A stretch of 64,000 nt of DNA from Eledone cirrhosa (taxonomy: Eukaryota), in NCBI GenBank assembly GCA_964016885.1, contig OZ024743.1:109492001-109556000 (forward strand), in the 5' to 3' direction. Under the pieces are notes generated by a model. It did not search any database, was not told the DNA's origin, and was given only the letters and a program-made list of their open reading frames with translations. The translations under genes and the position numbers were made by a program. Shown one piece after another: positions 28,005 through 41,531 of this stretch (its first letter is position 1; the number at the start of each line of letters is the position of its first letter).

Positions 28005-28215
28005 CATGTTGAAATTCGGTGGTTTATCACTGGGAAGAATTGGTCATTCTCCACTATTAATCATGACGTAATATTGAAAAGCACTCAACGTTATGCAACC
28101 CATCCATCTCTGAGGTTGAATCATGTTCGTGGTGTGGGACCGGAGTAAATATACTATAAAGTGAAATAACAGGAGGCCAATAATGTTTAAATTCCTTAAA
28201 TATTTATTTGTACAA

Positions 28216-28273
28216 ACACTATGCACATTTCAGTGGCCAGGTTACGTATGAACCTGTTGACATCATCAGGTGT
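28216..28273 (-). ncRNA. Minimal hammerhead ribozyme (family C)
   Basis: ACAC-CTGATGA-TGTCAACAGGTT(CATACGT)AACCTGGCCACT-GAAA-TGTGCA-TA-GTGT. Confidence 0.7.
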
Positions 28274-29404
28274 ATATTACCCAATAGCTGTATACCAACG
28301 GAAGGAAGGTAAACTTTTATAAAACAAGCAAAGACAAAGCAGAGAAAAAAAAAGTGCTTATGCTTTTGCTTTTGACTCAGAGGCAAACGAGGCAGCATGT
28401 TCTTATTATGCCTCGCCTTCTCTGAGTGAATTACCTCCTTCTTAGTTTGTAAGTGGGTAGGGAAAAGTATATCCTACTAAGCGAATTAGTAATACCTCTC
28501 AAATTTAACAACCTTCGGACAGCAGGCCAGTGAAGCGAGGAATATCGTGTTACAGACAATGGTAAGCTGCCTAGGTCAGACTAAGGTCTATACATTTACG
28601 GGATGTATATGACAAACGGAGTTAAAGTTAGAAACATATCAAGTAGAAAAATTGAGGTTAAAATTATTTAGAAGTTAAAGATGGGGTTAATTTTAGGAAT
28701 TGAAAATTAATATCAAAATTAAAATTGAATGTTTAAAAATATTTAAAATTTAAATAAGTAGAGTCCGCCAAGCTGGCTGGTGGAGTACTGTATTAGAAAT
28801 CCAGTTACCTGAAAGATATTAATTATTCCTAGTTCAGCAAGCCTGCACAAGTTTCAAATAGTCGTTTCTTGTACATATTTTACGAGAAAAAGTATTTAAC
28901 TTATTGCTTATTGTTGTCTCAGTACGAAATAAGGAAACGTCTCCGACGACGGCTAAGCGCCCAGAAATACATGTTTTTCGCTTTCACTCGACTACTGAGT
29001 GTGATTAAAGCATTGTGTATGTATAATATACATAGACATATCGTATATTCCTTCTGATACATCTTTATTCTGTCCTTCTCCCTCTCTCTTTCTATCTCTC
29101 CCTCCATGACTTATTTGCCAAATATTATGTCTCGCTTTCAATCACTGTATAGCGCCTTGTACAAGCAGCATTTACCATATCCCTAGGTCGTTCCACGCGT
29201 TGTTTGTAAAGTTAGGTAGACGAAGACTGTTTGGAATCCTGTCGAATGAGCAGTGTCTGTAATTCAACTCCCTGAAATTTACGTTAATGATACACACGTC
29301 TGTAGATGCTCAGCCTCTTACAATTTCATTTGATGAGCTTGCTGTTCTGTTACTTGAATATCCATTGTCAAATTCCTCTATGGATTACTGGGGTTATTGC
29401 TTTT

Positions 29405-29453
<49 letters not shown>

Positions 29454-29472
29454 TACATATACAGTTTATACA

Positions 29473-30060
29473 TACGAGGTTTGTCAGAACAAATAAGACT
29501 GGGGTTGCAAAGAAATATTTAAATCCCTTAGAAATATGCCGCTCGAGTCTATCGCATTTTTCTATCCATGCACTCCTTGAAAGATTCTCCCAAGATGTTC
29601 AGCAGCTCAGTCGTCTCGGTTCTGTTGATATGTTCCACGCCCGGAAAAAAAGGCCGTACTCAGAGATCCATGGTTTTTCACGGGTCATTTATCTTCGCAA
29701 CATGTACTCAGAGATCCATGGTTTTTCACGGGTCATGTATCTTCGCAACATGTATGGTTCCGCTTCAAGACGCTCATATGCAGCTCAGGTGCGACTAGTG
29801 GAATTGACAGCCGACGAAACCTCCGCACCACCTGCCTCATGCACTCAATATTGGCCTAAGTCCTGCTCGTTGAGTGTCTTCCGTTCCGGGGCCTTCTTCC
29901 ATATTTTGTGTGATGCGAAATCCCATGAGCGCAATATCGTCACATCTCTGTACATTTGCTGCAGAATTCCGAGTATTCTGTCCGAGGTTTCCGCAGCTGG
30001 GGCACAAACTCCAGGTTTGTTCGTTGCTATGTGCCCATCGCTCAACGGCATAACATTGAG
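29473..30060 (-). mobile_element. Internally deleted mariner-like DNA transposon relic
   Basis: TA+CGAGGTTTGT terminus at 29473; minus-strand ILGILQQMYRDVT..ASHKIWKK resembles the mariner N-terminal HTH; 48-bp tandem duplication at 29656-29751. The other TIR was not located. Confidence 0.6.
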
Positions 30061-30590
30061 GAGCTGTTAAGACAAGCACGCGAAAAAACATACAATGTTT
30101 GCAGAGAGCTGAGATCGTGCGGAATTGCTGCGGTCAGATGAAGTTCGCAGCAGTTCTTCTATACTAGAGTAGTGGGGTGGTGGTTTGTGTGTTCGTTTCA
30201 TTGCCATCAAGTCCTTGCGTTCTGTGGTAGTAGGGTCAGTGGCAGGCATGGTGATAGTTGTCTGCTTATCTGTTGTCTGTCTGTCGGTCGGTGGGTGAAG
30301 GACACCATGACACATAATAACAATTGCCCAATTGTCACTGTGTGTGTGCTGTTGTTCCATTTATTTACACCAGCCATCGCGTCTCACTTCTCTCGGATGG
30401 ATTATTGATTCGTGGTCCCGAGACGTTTGATCCAAGGTAACTCTATCTTGTGTTTTTATTTTTTACACTTTTCCACGTTCTTTACGCTCTCTATGTCGCT
30501 TTCTATGTTTCACCACCTGATTTCGTGACCCGAAGATTTATCCATCTGTATTGTTGAGGCTAGGAAAACGACTATTTTTAATATATATTC

Positions 30591-30800
30591 ATAGGAAAAT
30601 GTGAGACCCCGACGGCAGAGCTCTAGCCGTTTCGACGGCTATTTCTGGACCAGAAGGGTCCAGAAATAGCCGTCGAAACGGCTTGAGGTAACTCCTCCGT
30701 CGGGGTCCAACATTTTCCTATTATCCACTCTACTACCCTAAGTATTGAGTACTCTGGTGTGTTACGGTCCATCTGGTTCCTTACCAAACGTCCTTTCTTA
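30591..30800 (+). repeat. Family E terminus, fold-back form (palindrome 30591-30721)
   Basis: TTTCGACGGCTATTTCTGGACC-AGAAG-GGTCCAGAAATAGCCGTCGAAA followed by the family tail. Confidence 0.85.
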
Positions 30801-30964
30801 TATATATATATATATATATATATATTTAAAGGTTAAACAAGGTTCAATGAACAAATAAAGAATGAGTTTTACAATAGATTAGAAGCACTCCACAGTTTGG
30901 TTTTCCGGAGTTATTAATATTAATTCAAAATATTAACAATAATAGATATTCATGTGATCAAGTA

Positions 30965-31031
30965 TATTTTATTATACATATTTCAGAGGTACTGAGCTAT
31001 CTTCAACAGTACGTCCTCATCAGATAAAATA
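30965..31031 (-). ncRNA. Minimal type I hammerhead ribozyme, intact (family D)
   Basis: TATTTTAT-CTGATGA-GGACGTACTG..CAGTACCTCT-GAAA-TATGTA-TA-ATAAAATA; perfect 8-bp stem I. Confidence 0.85.
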
Positions 31032-32776
31032 AGATGATGCATGACATACCCTGACTTAGTAGATGTTTAAGATTCAGTCATGGCAGTAAATAAGATATGA
31101 CAAAACTCACTATTTATATACCTTAAGATTGAGACATGAACAAATTACATATAATACAGAGGGTGCCGGTGAAAAAGCTTAAAAATACATAATAGAAATT
31201 TACATAACTGTTAGATATTCAAATAATTTAAATTATTGAAGAAAGAAGAAATACAGAAAGAAACAGACAACGAAAAATATAATTAGTAGAAGTATAGAAT
31301 GTAAAAGAGAATTGATCAAGGATAGAGAGACAAGGAGGAATAATTTTTATAGTATAAAGCATAGGGAGGGAAATTTGTATTGTCGTGGATACATAGCGTG
31401 TGATTAGATGATGCAAAAAAGAAAATATATATATATACATACAAAAATATACATTTGGGCATAGCTTTGTGAAAGAGTAAACACGAATCTTTGAATTATC
31501 TCGAAATAATCAATCAATCTAAATATTAAATATATCTGGGTGCAATTATATTAGGGTTTATATTAGTTAATTAGAAATATACTAACAATTAATTATATAC
31601 ATTATATATATCCAAACGTATTCGGATGACCGTTAAATTTCGAATCATTTATGTTAGTTCAGAATAATGAAATAATCTAAAGGTATAATATTTCAGGCTA
31701 TAAAAATTTCATAAGTATTTATATTAAAGTATACTATCATATTTAATTTATAAAATCATATTTAAAGTATTTGTAAACAGGGGAAAGAAGAGACTTAATA
31801 TTTTCATCCTCTCGAAGGTAATCCATATTAAATTATATTTAAAAAAATGTTATATTAAAATAATAATCATTATATACTTTAGAAAATAATTACAGTTATA
31901 ACTTTATAAATTTAAAATTAACAATTAGAATGCCCTAAAGTATCTAAAGCCCTTATAATTATACTGAAAAAGGGTATTATTAAACTAGATATACGCATTT
32001 GTCTAAATTTATACAAAGAGTATATTGTCTAAAGTTCAAAACGATATTAGTCAGTTATACATAACATAATATAATATAATAAATAAGTTGCTGTCAATAT
32101 TGTTAAAATTAAGGTTTTAGATCAATTATTATATTATATACACAAATCAAACTTCATGAATCATAAGGATAAGAACCAGATTCAAAATAAATAAGTAAAT
32201 GGTTTGCGATCTTATAAGTGCCAAATATCTAAGCTATGTAATTTAAAGATACAAGAACATTTTTAAGGATCTATATTGTAGTATAATATCATATATAAAG
32301 TGTCTGCAAACATGAGAAAGAGAAAACTTAAGATTTTCATCAACCAGAAGGTAACCCGAATTTAATTAAATTAAAAAATAATACTTGTTATATAATTAAG
32401 AACATATTTAACAATTATAACACTAGAATGTCCTTAAGTATCAAAAGTACTTATAAATGTAGCTAGAAGCATGTTATTAAACTAGATATACACATTTGTC
32501 TAAATATATACAGAGTATTCTGTTCGGAACTCAAGACGATATTAGTGATCCATATACATATAATAAATAATAAATACAATAATTGTTAGTAAAGCTATAA
32601 TTAAAGTTTTACATCAAGTTAAGAGGAAAAAGTAAATATTGAGTTTTGTCATATCTCATTCACTACCACGACTGAAAGTAAATATTGAAAGTAAATATTG
32701 AGTTTTGTCATATCTTATTTACTACCATGACTGAATCTTAACCATCTACAAAGTGAGGGTATGTCATGCATCATCT

Positions 32777-32843
32777 TAGTTTCTCTGATGAGGACGTACT
32801 GATGAAGTTAGCTCAGTACCTCTGAAATATGTATAATAAAATA
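32777..32843 (+). ncRNA. Minimal hammerhead ribozyme (family D, inverted partner)
   Basis: Same core and stems as 30965-31031; two mismatches in stem I (TAGTTTCT). Confidence 0.75.
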
Positions 32844-32947
32844 TACTTGATCACATGAATATCGATTTTTGTTAATATTTTGAATTAATATATATATATT
32901 ATTATTATTATTATTATTATTACTATATATATATACATATATATATA

Positions 32948-33128
<181 letters not shown>

Positions 33129-34717
33129 GGAGAGAGAAATAGGGAATTGACCGAAGCAACATATAGTCATATATATTTACAGGTAGAGCAACACACTGAA
33201 CTGGAGTGTATGTGTATATGTGTTTGGACATCTATATTTACGCTACAAATTTACTACAAATTAATCAAAATTATGAGATATAGAAGAGGAACTGTTGTTT
33301 ATTCTGTAATAGTAATTTCATTTGCAATACTCTTGTATCATGAAATATTATAGAATCTCCCATGTCTTCAGGTATAGCAATTTCCTGAACAATTCAACAA
33401 ACAGCAGCCAACTAAACTAAAAGCAAGCCGACACCTCATCACATGTTAACCAACACATTTCATGTCAAACACAAACACTATAATTATCAAAATCTACATT
33501 AAATACATCTAGTAACTCTTGGTATTTCAAATCACATGAAAGTACTTTTAAAATATCATATTTTTCCCAGAATATTGCAGTGTACGCTTTAATATCTTTC
33601 AAACTATATTGATTCTTCCTTTGATCTTTTAATGCTCCTTATATTTATTGATTACTAATCGCTTTTTACTCTTCATTTAACATGGTTTTGCATATTTTCC
33701 AATAAAGCAATGAAATTGTTATTAATATTGATTACTGATATTTACCCTTATTTATATTTCACAGACATAAACACGTACATAAATACACTCACACATTCAC
33801 AACCATGTACACGAACCCATATATAGTTGATAGTTAGAATGAAATTATTAATGATATATATGTATATATCTATGTATGTATGTATACAGGTTTGACTATA
33901 AGTATGTATGTATATATGTGTGTTTATATGTATTGTTAATATTATATGTCATCATACCAGCATTTCATCATTGCCAACTCTATTATCGTCACCTTAACCA
34001 TCATCATCTTCATCATAGACATCATCATCATCATCTTCAACACCCGCTCATTACTCTTGCATCTACCTGGTTGCTCGTATTGTTATATAATATCCTTAAA
34101 ATACTTTTAAAATGACACATTGAATAATACGGTCTTGCGTACTCTATGTGTAGGAAAAATACAGAATGATCAATGCTGTAATATGTATTATCATATGTCC
34201 ACTAGGTCATGGTTGGCCTTGTGCTAAACAACATTATTAACCATTGCAAACACCCACACAAATACCAATGAAAACAGGAAACATTGCTGCCGTCTCACTT
34301 ACACATGAACCCGATTTTCGCAAACGAATGCATATTAAATATTGGAAGTTTTATTTTACTTCTTTAATATTCAAAATGTTCTTTATAGATCTGGAAGAAA
34401 CGTGTTAAATACGTTTATGAACAGGTGTGAAATTGTTCCTGCATTTAGGGAAGCATTTACACAACATATTAAGTATATCACACGTTTCCTTACTTAGGGG
34501 AATGTGTTTAGTTTGTTCTTGTTTTATTATATATTGTATTTCTGTCTTGTTTTATTTTTCAATGCAATTTCTTTCATTATACCATAATTTTTCAAATATT
34601 TCAAAAATAAATTGAAAATGACAATTTTCGTTACACCTAAAAACAGATACAAACGCACAGACCCATACACACGCACACACACGCACACACACACATATAT
34701 ATATATATTTATATATT

Positions 34718-34776
<59 letters not shown>

Positions 34777-34870
34777 CTATGATATATATATGTATATATA
34801 TATAGATATAGATTTATATTTACGTATATGTATATGAAATATATAAGTGTATGCATATATATATGTATAC

Positions 34871-34952
<82 letters not shown>

Positions 34953-35060
34953 CTCTTGAACTGTGTATATATATATATATGTCTATATATAAATGAAGTA
35001 ATTCCGTCGGTAAGGTCCACGAAAAAAGAGTGCTTTATGTAGGTTACAGAGCTTAATAAG

Positions 35061-35219
35061 TATGTAATAAACAACATAAGGTAATTATTTCATTTACCAG
35101 TGGGTTCTTGAAAGCAAAAAAATGTTGCTTTCAATCATCTGATGATTGAAAGCAAAATGTGTTTGCTTTCAAGAAACCACTGGTAAATGAAATAATTACC
35201 TTATGAAGTTTATTACATA
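35061..35219. repeat. Fold-back palindrome centred on a hammerhead core (family F)
   Basis: Centre ATCATC-T-GATGAT at 35140. Confidence 0.88.
35139..35194 (+). ncRNA. Hammerhead core (family F) lacking its 5' stem I strand
   Basis: CTGATGA-TTGAAAGCAAA(ATGTG)TTTGCTTTCAA-GAAA-CCACTGG-TA-AATGAAATA; 11-bp perfect stem II. Confidence 0.7.
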
Positions 35220-35223
35220 ACTA

Positions 35224-35307
<84 letters not shown>

Positions 35308-35337
35308 TAGTCAAGTAATATATATATATATATATAA

Positions 35338-35539
35338 CGAAGGAAATGTGGTAAGGAACCAGGTGGACCATAACGCACCAAAGTACTCAATACTTGAGGT
35401 AGTAGAGTGGGTAATAGGAACCAGTAAGACCCCGACAGCTGAGCTCAAGCCGTTTCGACGGCTAATTCTGGACGTGAATTAGCCGTCCAGAATTAGCCGT
35501 CGAAACGGCTTGAGCTCAGCTGTCGGGGTCTTACTGGTT

Positions 35540-35544
<5 letters not shown>
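35338..35544 (-). repeat. Family E terminus, fold-back form (palindrome 35414-35544)
   Basis: Arms are exact reverse complements around GACGTGAATTAGCCGTCCAG. Confidence 0.85.
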
Positions 35545-35635
<91 letters not shown>

Positions 35636-35644
35636 CATATATAA

Positions 35645-35759
<115 letters not shown>

Positions 35760-35802
35760 TACATTTATATATTTCATATACATTTACGTAAATATATATA
35801 TA

Positions 35803-37795
35803 TAACCAATAACCTGGTTAAAAATATCTCCCTCTGCATATCATTTTTGTCCGCTAATGAGCAGATATTCGACGTACATGCGCCTTATTACAACCAGGCC
35901 TTCAAGCGGAGTGGCTTCCGGGAGGATATATCCTATTATCCATCTTCCATTAGCGGAACCAGCAGGCGACACCGCCGCTCACGCCACATAACGTGGTTCA
36001 ATCCTCCCCCGCAATGCCGAGGTGACAACACCTATCAGGAAAATCTTCCTTAGGCCCATCGAAAAACACTTCCCACTACAACACCGCTACCACAACATAA
36101 TCATCAAAAGCACCATCAAGCTCTTCTACAGCACCACACCTCACTTTGCACAAAACATCGTCTCCTCTAACAACAAAAAACTCACCCCTATGGAAGAAAT
36201 AACCTAGACAGCAGTGGAGAGCCGACCAGGAGGTGTAACTGTCCTGATAGATCTCTTTGCACCTTCAACAACAGATGCCGAGATTGTAATGTGATCTACC
36301 AGTGCAACGTGAGGACGGACACCGCCAACGAAGCTTATATAGGATTAACCGCTTGTCACTTCAAGACCCGGCTCTACCTACACATACATACTTTAGAAAC
36401 CCGACCCGGCATCATGCCACTACACTTTCGAGCCACATCTGGGACCTCAAAGATAGTAATATAACCTACAATCTCACTTGGAGCTTACTGTCCATTACTA
36501 ACTCTTACACGGGAGGACGCATTCCGTATAACTTATGCTCGGAGGAAACATTACAAATGCTGTTTTCGAAGGACCAACTCCTAAACAAGAAAGACGAACT
36601 TTTAACTGCATGCAAACACAGATTGCGTAGGACTTACCTTGCCCTCAAATTCCATAATGACCCGGTGTAGACAAGGGCTGAAACACGCCACTTGCTGATT
36701 TTGTAATGGGTAACCCGTGCTTACAAAGGCAGACGTAACTTTTTTCATTTTTTAAATCTTTTCCTCTATATTTCCTTCTTCCCCCCATCTCTTTCTAGTC
36801 ATTCCACCCCAGATCTCCTTCCTTGTCTTTTTTATTCACCTTTTCGCCCACCCCGATGCAGCCCATCGTTCCCCTGTAGCCTCAGTACCCCAGCCCGCTA
36901 ATTTTAATATAGAATTGGCCGATTACGCGTTTTATAGCAGATGTGTTAGACCCCAGATAATTGCTTTCGTTCTGGTTGCTCTCCATTTCCGTGATTTCTA
37001 AATTTCTTAGTGGTATTTTTGCATTAGTATTCTTGTATTAGTATTTATGTATTAGTATTCTGAATTAATATTTCGTATTAGTATTTTAGTATGTTTGTCC
37101 TCAACTTATTAACCTGTCATTGTAAGATAGCATTGACTGATTACTACTAACTATAGCAGTGGTGTTAGAACCCCCTGTAAAGATGGCTTTATAAAATTAT
37201 TTCACTACTATCTCGTATTTATTATTTTTCTCCACCTATTAAACTTTTCTATAGCTTAGCAATGCAAATGAGAGATTTGGTGATTGTGGGGATGGAGTAG
37301 TAACCAGAAATTGTTTTTTGGAATGGCTTTTTTGTTTACTCCTTTTAGATTTACCTATTCTTTCAACTTCCAACTGCTCCTCCCCTTCTCCAGTACACAT
37401 TTTTCGACCTTCTATACACTATCCTTAGAATCTGGTGTATAGATTTCACTTTCAACGTTTGACAGGGTTTCCCACACTCCTTCTTTGTTCTATCGGCAAG
37501 TTCAGCAAATCCATACATCCCACTAAATGCCATGATAGAATCATCTGTCTTTACAACAAACTTTTGACCAATCCTTTTGACAATTACTACCTTCCCATAT
37601 ATGGAATTATCCCTGAGAAGTTCCGCTATTTATTTACCAGGCTAAACATTCTTATTTAGTCCAGAATTAGCCGTCGAAACGGCTTGAGCTCTGCCGTCGG
37701 GGTCATACTTGTTCCTATTACCCACTCTACTACCCTAAGTATTGAATAATTTGGTGCGTTATGGTCCATCTGGTTCCTTACTAAATTTCTTTCGT
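35803..37795 (+). mobile_element. 5'-truncated Naiad-clade PLE ending in a family E terminus
   Basis: [64 protein letters not shown] (35803-36670); family E sequence at 37659-37795. Confidence 0.85.
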
Positions 37796-37860
<65 letters not shown>

Positions 37861-37885
37861 ATGTGTGTGCGTGTGTGTGTATGGG

Positions 37886-37926
<41 letters not shown>

Positions 37927-37936
37927 TATTTATATT

Positions 37937-38545
37937 CTAGGGCGGGTAAAATTCCCGATATCCATGGACGAATTCTCGCCAGCGGTCTCTGTCCCTCATT
38001 ATCGCTACCATGTCCTGCATCTCCGACATACCAGTGGCTGTCCTTAGGGCATCAACATACGTTAACCTTCGTCTTCCTCTTCCAGTGTGTCCATGTAAGG
38101 TATCCCACAGGAGCACTGAGTGCAATGTCAGCTCTGGATGTCGGTGAGCATGTCCAGCTAACCTCAGTCTCCTCTGGAATCCCCAAGAAGAGAGTGAACC
38201 CGATATCACTGCCCTACACAAACACCAAAGCACAGGTCATTACACCTGTAAGGATGACAGACTTCTTTGAGAAACTGGCCGGAGTGCTCCAGGGTGATAC
38301 ATTGGCTCCCTACCTTTTTATCATCGTAGTGGACTATTGTATGCGCCTTGCACTGGAGAAACAGCAGGACTCTGGCTTTACTGTAGCCCCGGCTCAGAGC
38401 AGGAGAGTTAAGTCGAAAAAGATAACAGATGCCGAATATGCCGACGACATAGTTTTGGTGACAAATACAGTGAAGAAGGTAGATGATTTGATTCAGGGGT
38501 TGAACATGTGTAGATGAGTGTGGGGCTGAGAATGATTGAGACTCA
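37937..38545. mobile_element. RTE-like LINE fragment with 5' inversion
   Basis: Minus 37937-38190 is the C-terminus (RRLRLAGH..GRGRRRLTYVD..MRDRDRWR); plus 38200-38545 is the RT core (GVLQGDTLAPYLFIIVVD, EYADDIVL). Confidence 0.85.
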
Positions 38546-38546
38546 T

Positions 38547-38610
<64 letters not shown>

Positions 38611-38755
38611 ATACTTTGAGAGGGTCATGTTGACAATAAGAAACACACGCACCAGCTGCTTTCACTTCAATTTATCATGATACATTTATAAATTTACGAA
38701 TTTATAAATTTCCGGTTGGTTGGTTGGTTCCACAACCAGATGATTGTTTAGATAT

Positions 38756-38800
38756 TGTCAATGTTCTTTCGTCACACATTATCTGACCTCTTCAGTGACT
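38756..38800 (-). ncRNA. Hammerhead in the inverted PLE arm (degenerate cleavage site)
   Basis: Reverse complement AGTCA-CTGAAGA-GGTCAGATAATGTGTGAC-GAAA-GAACAT-TGACA. Confidence 0.55.
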
Positions 38801-39551
38801 GGGGATTATTTTCTTTGTTTTTGTGCCTCTCCTTTGTTCTGTCCTACGCCATCTTGTTTTTGTGTGTGTATTGTGTGCTTAGGTTGCGCATGTGTTACAT
38901 CCGGGTGTCTGTGTGTGTTTATATTCGTTTATTTATTTGTTTGTTTACATGTTACTGGTTGGTTAGTTGTTCTATGTGCGTGTGTGTTTTCATTTTGTCC
39001 TTAACTGTAAGTTGTGATGTTGCTGTTCCATTCATGTTTTCTATTTAATTTTGGTTGGAGTTCATTTAAGTTTATTGCCTCTGTGATTTGTCTAAACATT
39101 GCGTCATTTCTGTGTGTAGATTCTATTTTTATTTCTATGTTGTCTAATTTACCCTTATGTTCTATTTACCATGTTGTTAGAGTACAGACGATTATTTACT
39201 ATCTTGAAGGTCTCGCCAGTCTTCATTTATCCGTTCCCCTATACTACGAGCTGTCTCACCTATGTTCACTATATTCTTATTGAAGTGAAAGCAACTAGTG
39301 TGTGTGTTTCTAATTGGAAACATGACCCTCCCAAAGTATAACAATATCGGTTTCAACACACGTTTTCAGATAAAGAATCTTGCTAAACAAATTCAGAAAC
39401 GAAATATATATATATACATATGCAAAAGTTCTATTTAAATTGTTGGGATACAACAAGCAAATATTTTTATAACTGATATAAAGCACTCGACAAGTATTTG
39501 TAGTAAATATACGATATTAACAAATGGAAACTATATTTATAAAACCATATC

Positions 39552-39616
39552 TATTTTATTATACATATTTCAAGGATACCATGTTAAATTATGGTATGCT
39601 TTCATCAGACAAAATA
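39552..39616 (-). ncRNA. Minimal type I hammerhead ribozyme, intact (family A)
   Basis: TATTTTGT-CTGATGA-AAGCATACCAT..ATGGTATCCTT-GAAA-TATGTA-TA-ATAAAATA. Confidence 0.85.
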
Positions 39617-39693
39617 CAATATATACCAGTTTTATAAATAAATATTGACATACCCTTTCAAAATGCAACCGTTACTTTTGGAAGACAACCCTG

Positions 39694-41004
39694 ATGTCAT
39701 CTCTCATGTTCAAATTTAATGGAAAAACATATGCCCAAGAGGAAGGAGCAGCCATTGGTGTTAGAATTGCAGGCGACATAGCTAACTTATTCATGGTATG
39801 GTGGGACAGTAGACTTAAACTTAAACTTAAAGAACAATTAGAAGACCCCTTAACCCTGATAATGTACTCGCGCTACGTTGATGATATAAACATCGTAGTT
39901 AAGACACCCCCACTAGAGAACAGTCAGGAACTAGAGAAAAACACAATGGAAAGCATCCGGCAAAAAGCTAACTCCATCCACCAGAGCATTAGAGTTACTA
40001 TAGACTACCCAAGTAAACACCCCAACCATCGATTACCTGTACTAGACACAGAGCTCTGGTTAGATACCATTAATAACAAAAAACAAATCCTCCATTCCCA
40101 TTATGCCAAACTCATGACTTCCAAACATCTGATCCACCGAAACTCGGCCGTTTCGGACCATACCAAAATCTACATACTGATTGCGGATTTGGTACGGGTG
40201 ATGAGAAACGTGTCCTGCATGTGCAACCCCGAAGAACTAGAGAGACACATACAACACTTCATCCACCGTATGCAGTTCTATAGCTACAATAAGAGAGATA
40301 AAACCAGAGCGTATAGAGGAGCCAGAACTAAATGGGAAAAAATGGTAAATAATGACATAAATGGGACCTGCCCCTTGTATAGGAGCAAATTTTGGAATAG
40401 AATAGAAAGAACTAGGAATAAGGCTAATAGAATAAACTCATGGTATGATAGCAATAAATACCAGAGTGTAATGTTCATCGATACAACCCTTAGAGTTGAA
40501 TTAGCTTACAAATTTAGAAGGGCCCTAAATAAACATAAACTTAATATTAAGATAGTAGAAAGACCAGGTACCTCCGTAAAAACACTTATTAGCAAGACGT
40601 ACCCTTTCCAAAGACACTCATGTATAGATAAGAAATGTATAACCTGTAAAATAAGCCCCCATATTAAATGTAAAACTAGAAATGTAGTGTATAGCATAAG
40701 ATGTACTGAATGACAATGTAGAGACAAAAATAAAGTGTACATAGGTGAGACAGCTCGTAGTGTAGGGGAACGGATAAATGAACACTGGCGAGACCTTCAA
40801 GATAGTAAATAATCATCTGTACTCTACCAACATGCTAAAATAGAACACAAGGGTAAATTAGAGAACATAGAAATAAAAATAGAATCTACACACAGAAAAG
40901 ACGCAATGTTTAGACAAATCACAGAGGCAATAAACATAAAAGAATTACAACCAAAATTAAATAGAAAATATGAGTGGAACAGCAACATCACAACTTACAA
41001 TTAA
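39694..41004 (+). pseudogene. PLE RT + GIY-YIG reading frame with in-frame TGA (40711) and TAA (40810)
   Basis: QEEGAAIG..RYVDD..LPVLD..CITC..CKTRNVVYSIRCTE*QC..VYIGETARSVGERINEH..RQITEAINI..LNRKYEW. Confidence 0.9.
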
Positions 41005-41204
41005 GGACAAAATGAAAACACACACACACATAGAACAAACAACCAACCAGTAACATGTAAATAAACAAATAAATAAATGAACATAAACACACACAGACAC
41101 CCGGATGTGGCGCATGCGCAGACTGAGCACACAACAGACACACAGAAACAGAATGGCGTAGGACAGAACAAAGGAGAGTCACAGAAACAAAGAAAGGAAT
41201 CCCC

Positions 41205-41249
41205 AGTCACTGAAGAGGTCACATAGTGTGTGACGAAAGAACTATGACT
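41205..41249 (+). ncRNA. Minimal hammerhead ribozyme in PLE 3' terminus
   Basis: AGTCA-CTGAAGA-G-GTCACA(TAGTG)TGTGAC-GAAA-GAAC-TA-TGACT, ~200 nt after the GIY-YIG stop. Confidence 0.75.
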
Positions 41250-41396
41250 ATATATAAACAACTATCTGGTTGTGGAACCAACCAACCAACCAGAAATTTA
41301 TAAATTTATCAATTTATTATAAATTTATTACAATAAATTGAAGTGAAACAACTGGTGCGTGTGTTACTTATTGGCAACATGACCCTCCCAAAGTAT

Positions 41397-41531
<135 letters not shown>

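Larger units (their letters stand above)
30826..32891 (-). mobile_element. ~2 kb non-coding AT-rich element with inverted hammerhead-bearing arms (30917-31116 / 32690-32891)
   Basis: Arms are reverse complements; diverged internal tandem duplication ~31780-32150 / 32315-32620; (TA)n on both sides; no recognisable ORF. Confidence 0.75.

Noticed and set aside
29656-29751. Direct repeats suggestive of CRISPR (also 45178-45222 and 60320-60457)
   Set aside because: Only two units, no spacer array or cas genes, eukaryotic context.
29306-30070. 254-aa plus-strand ORF
   Set aside because: Runs through (TA)n and is antisense to a mariner relic.
33240-33440. Short ORFs resembling a membrane anchor or exon
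   Set aside because: Early stops in all plausible frames; cannot be supported.
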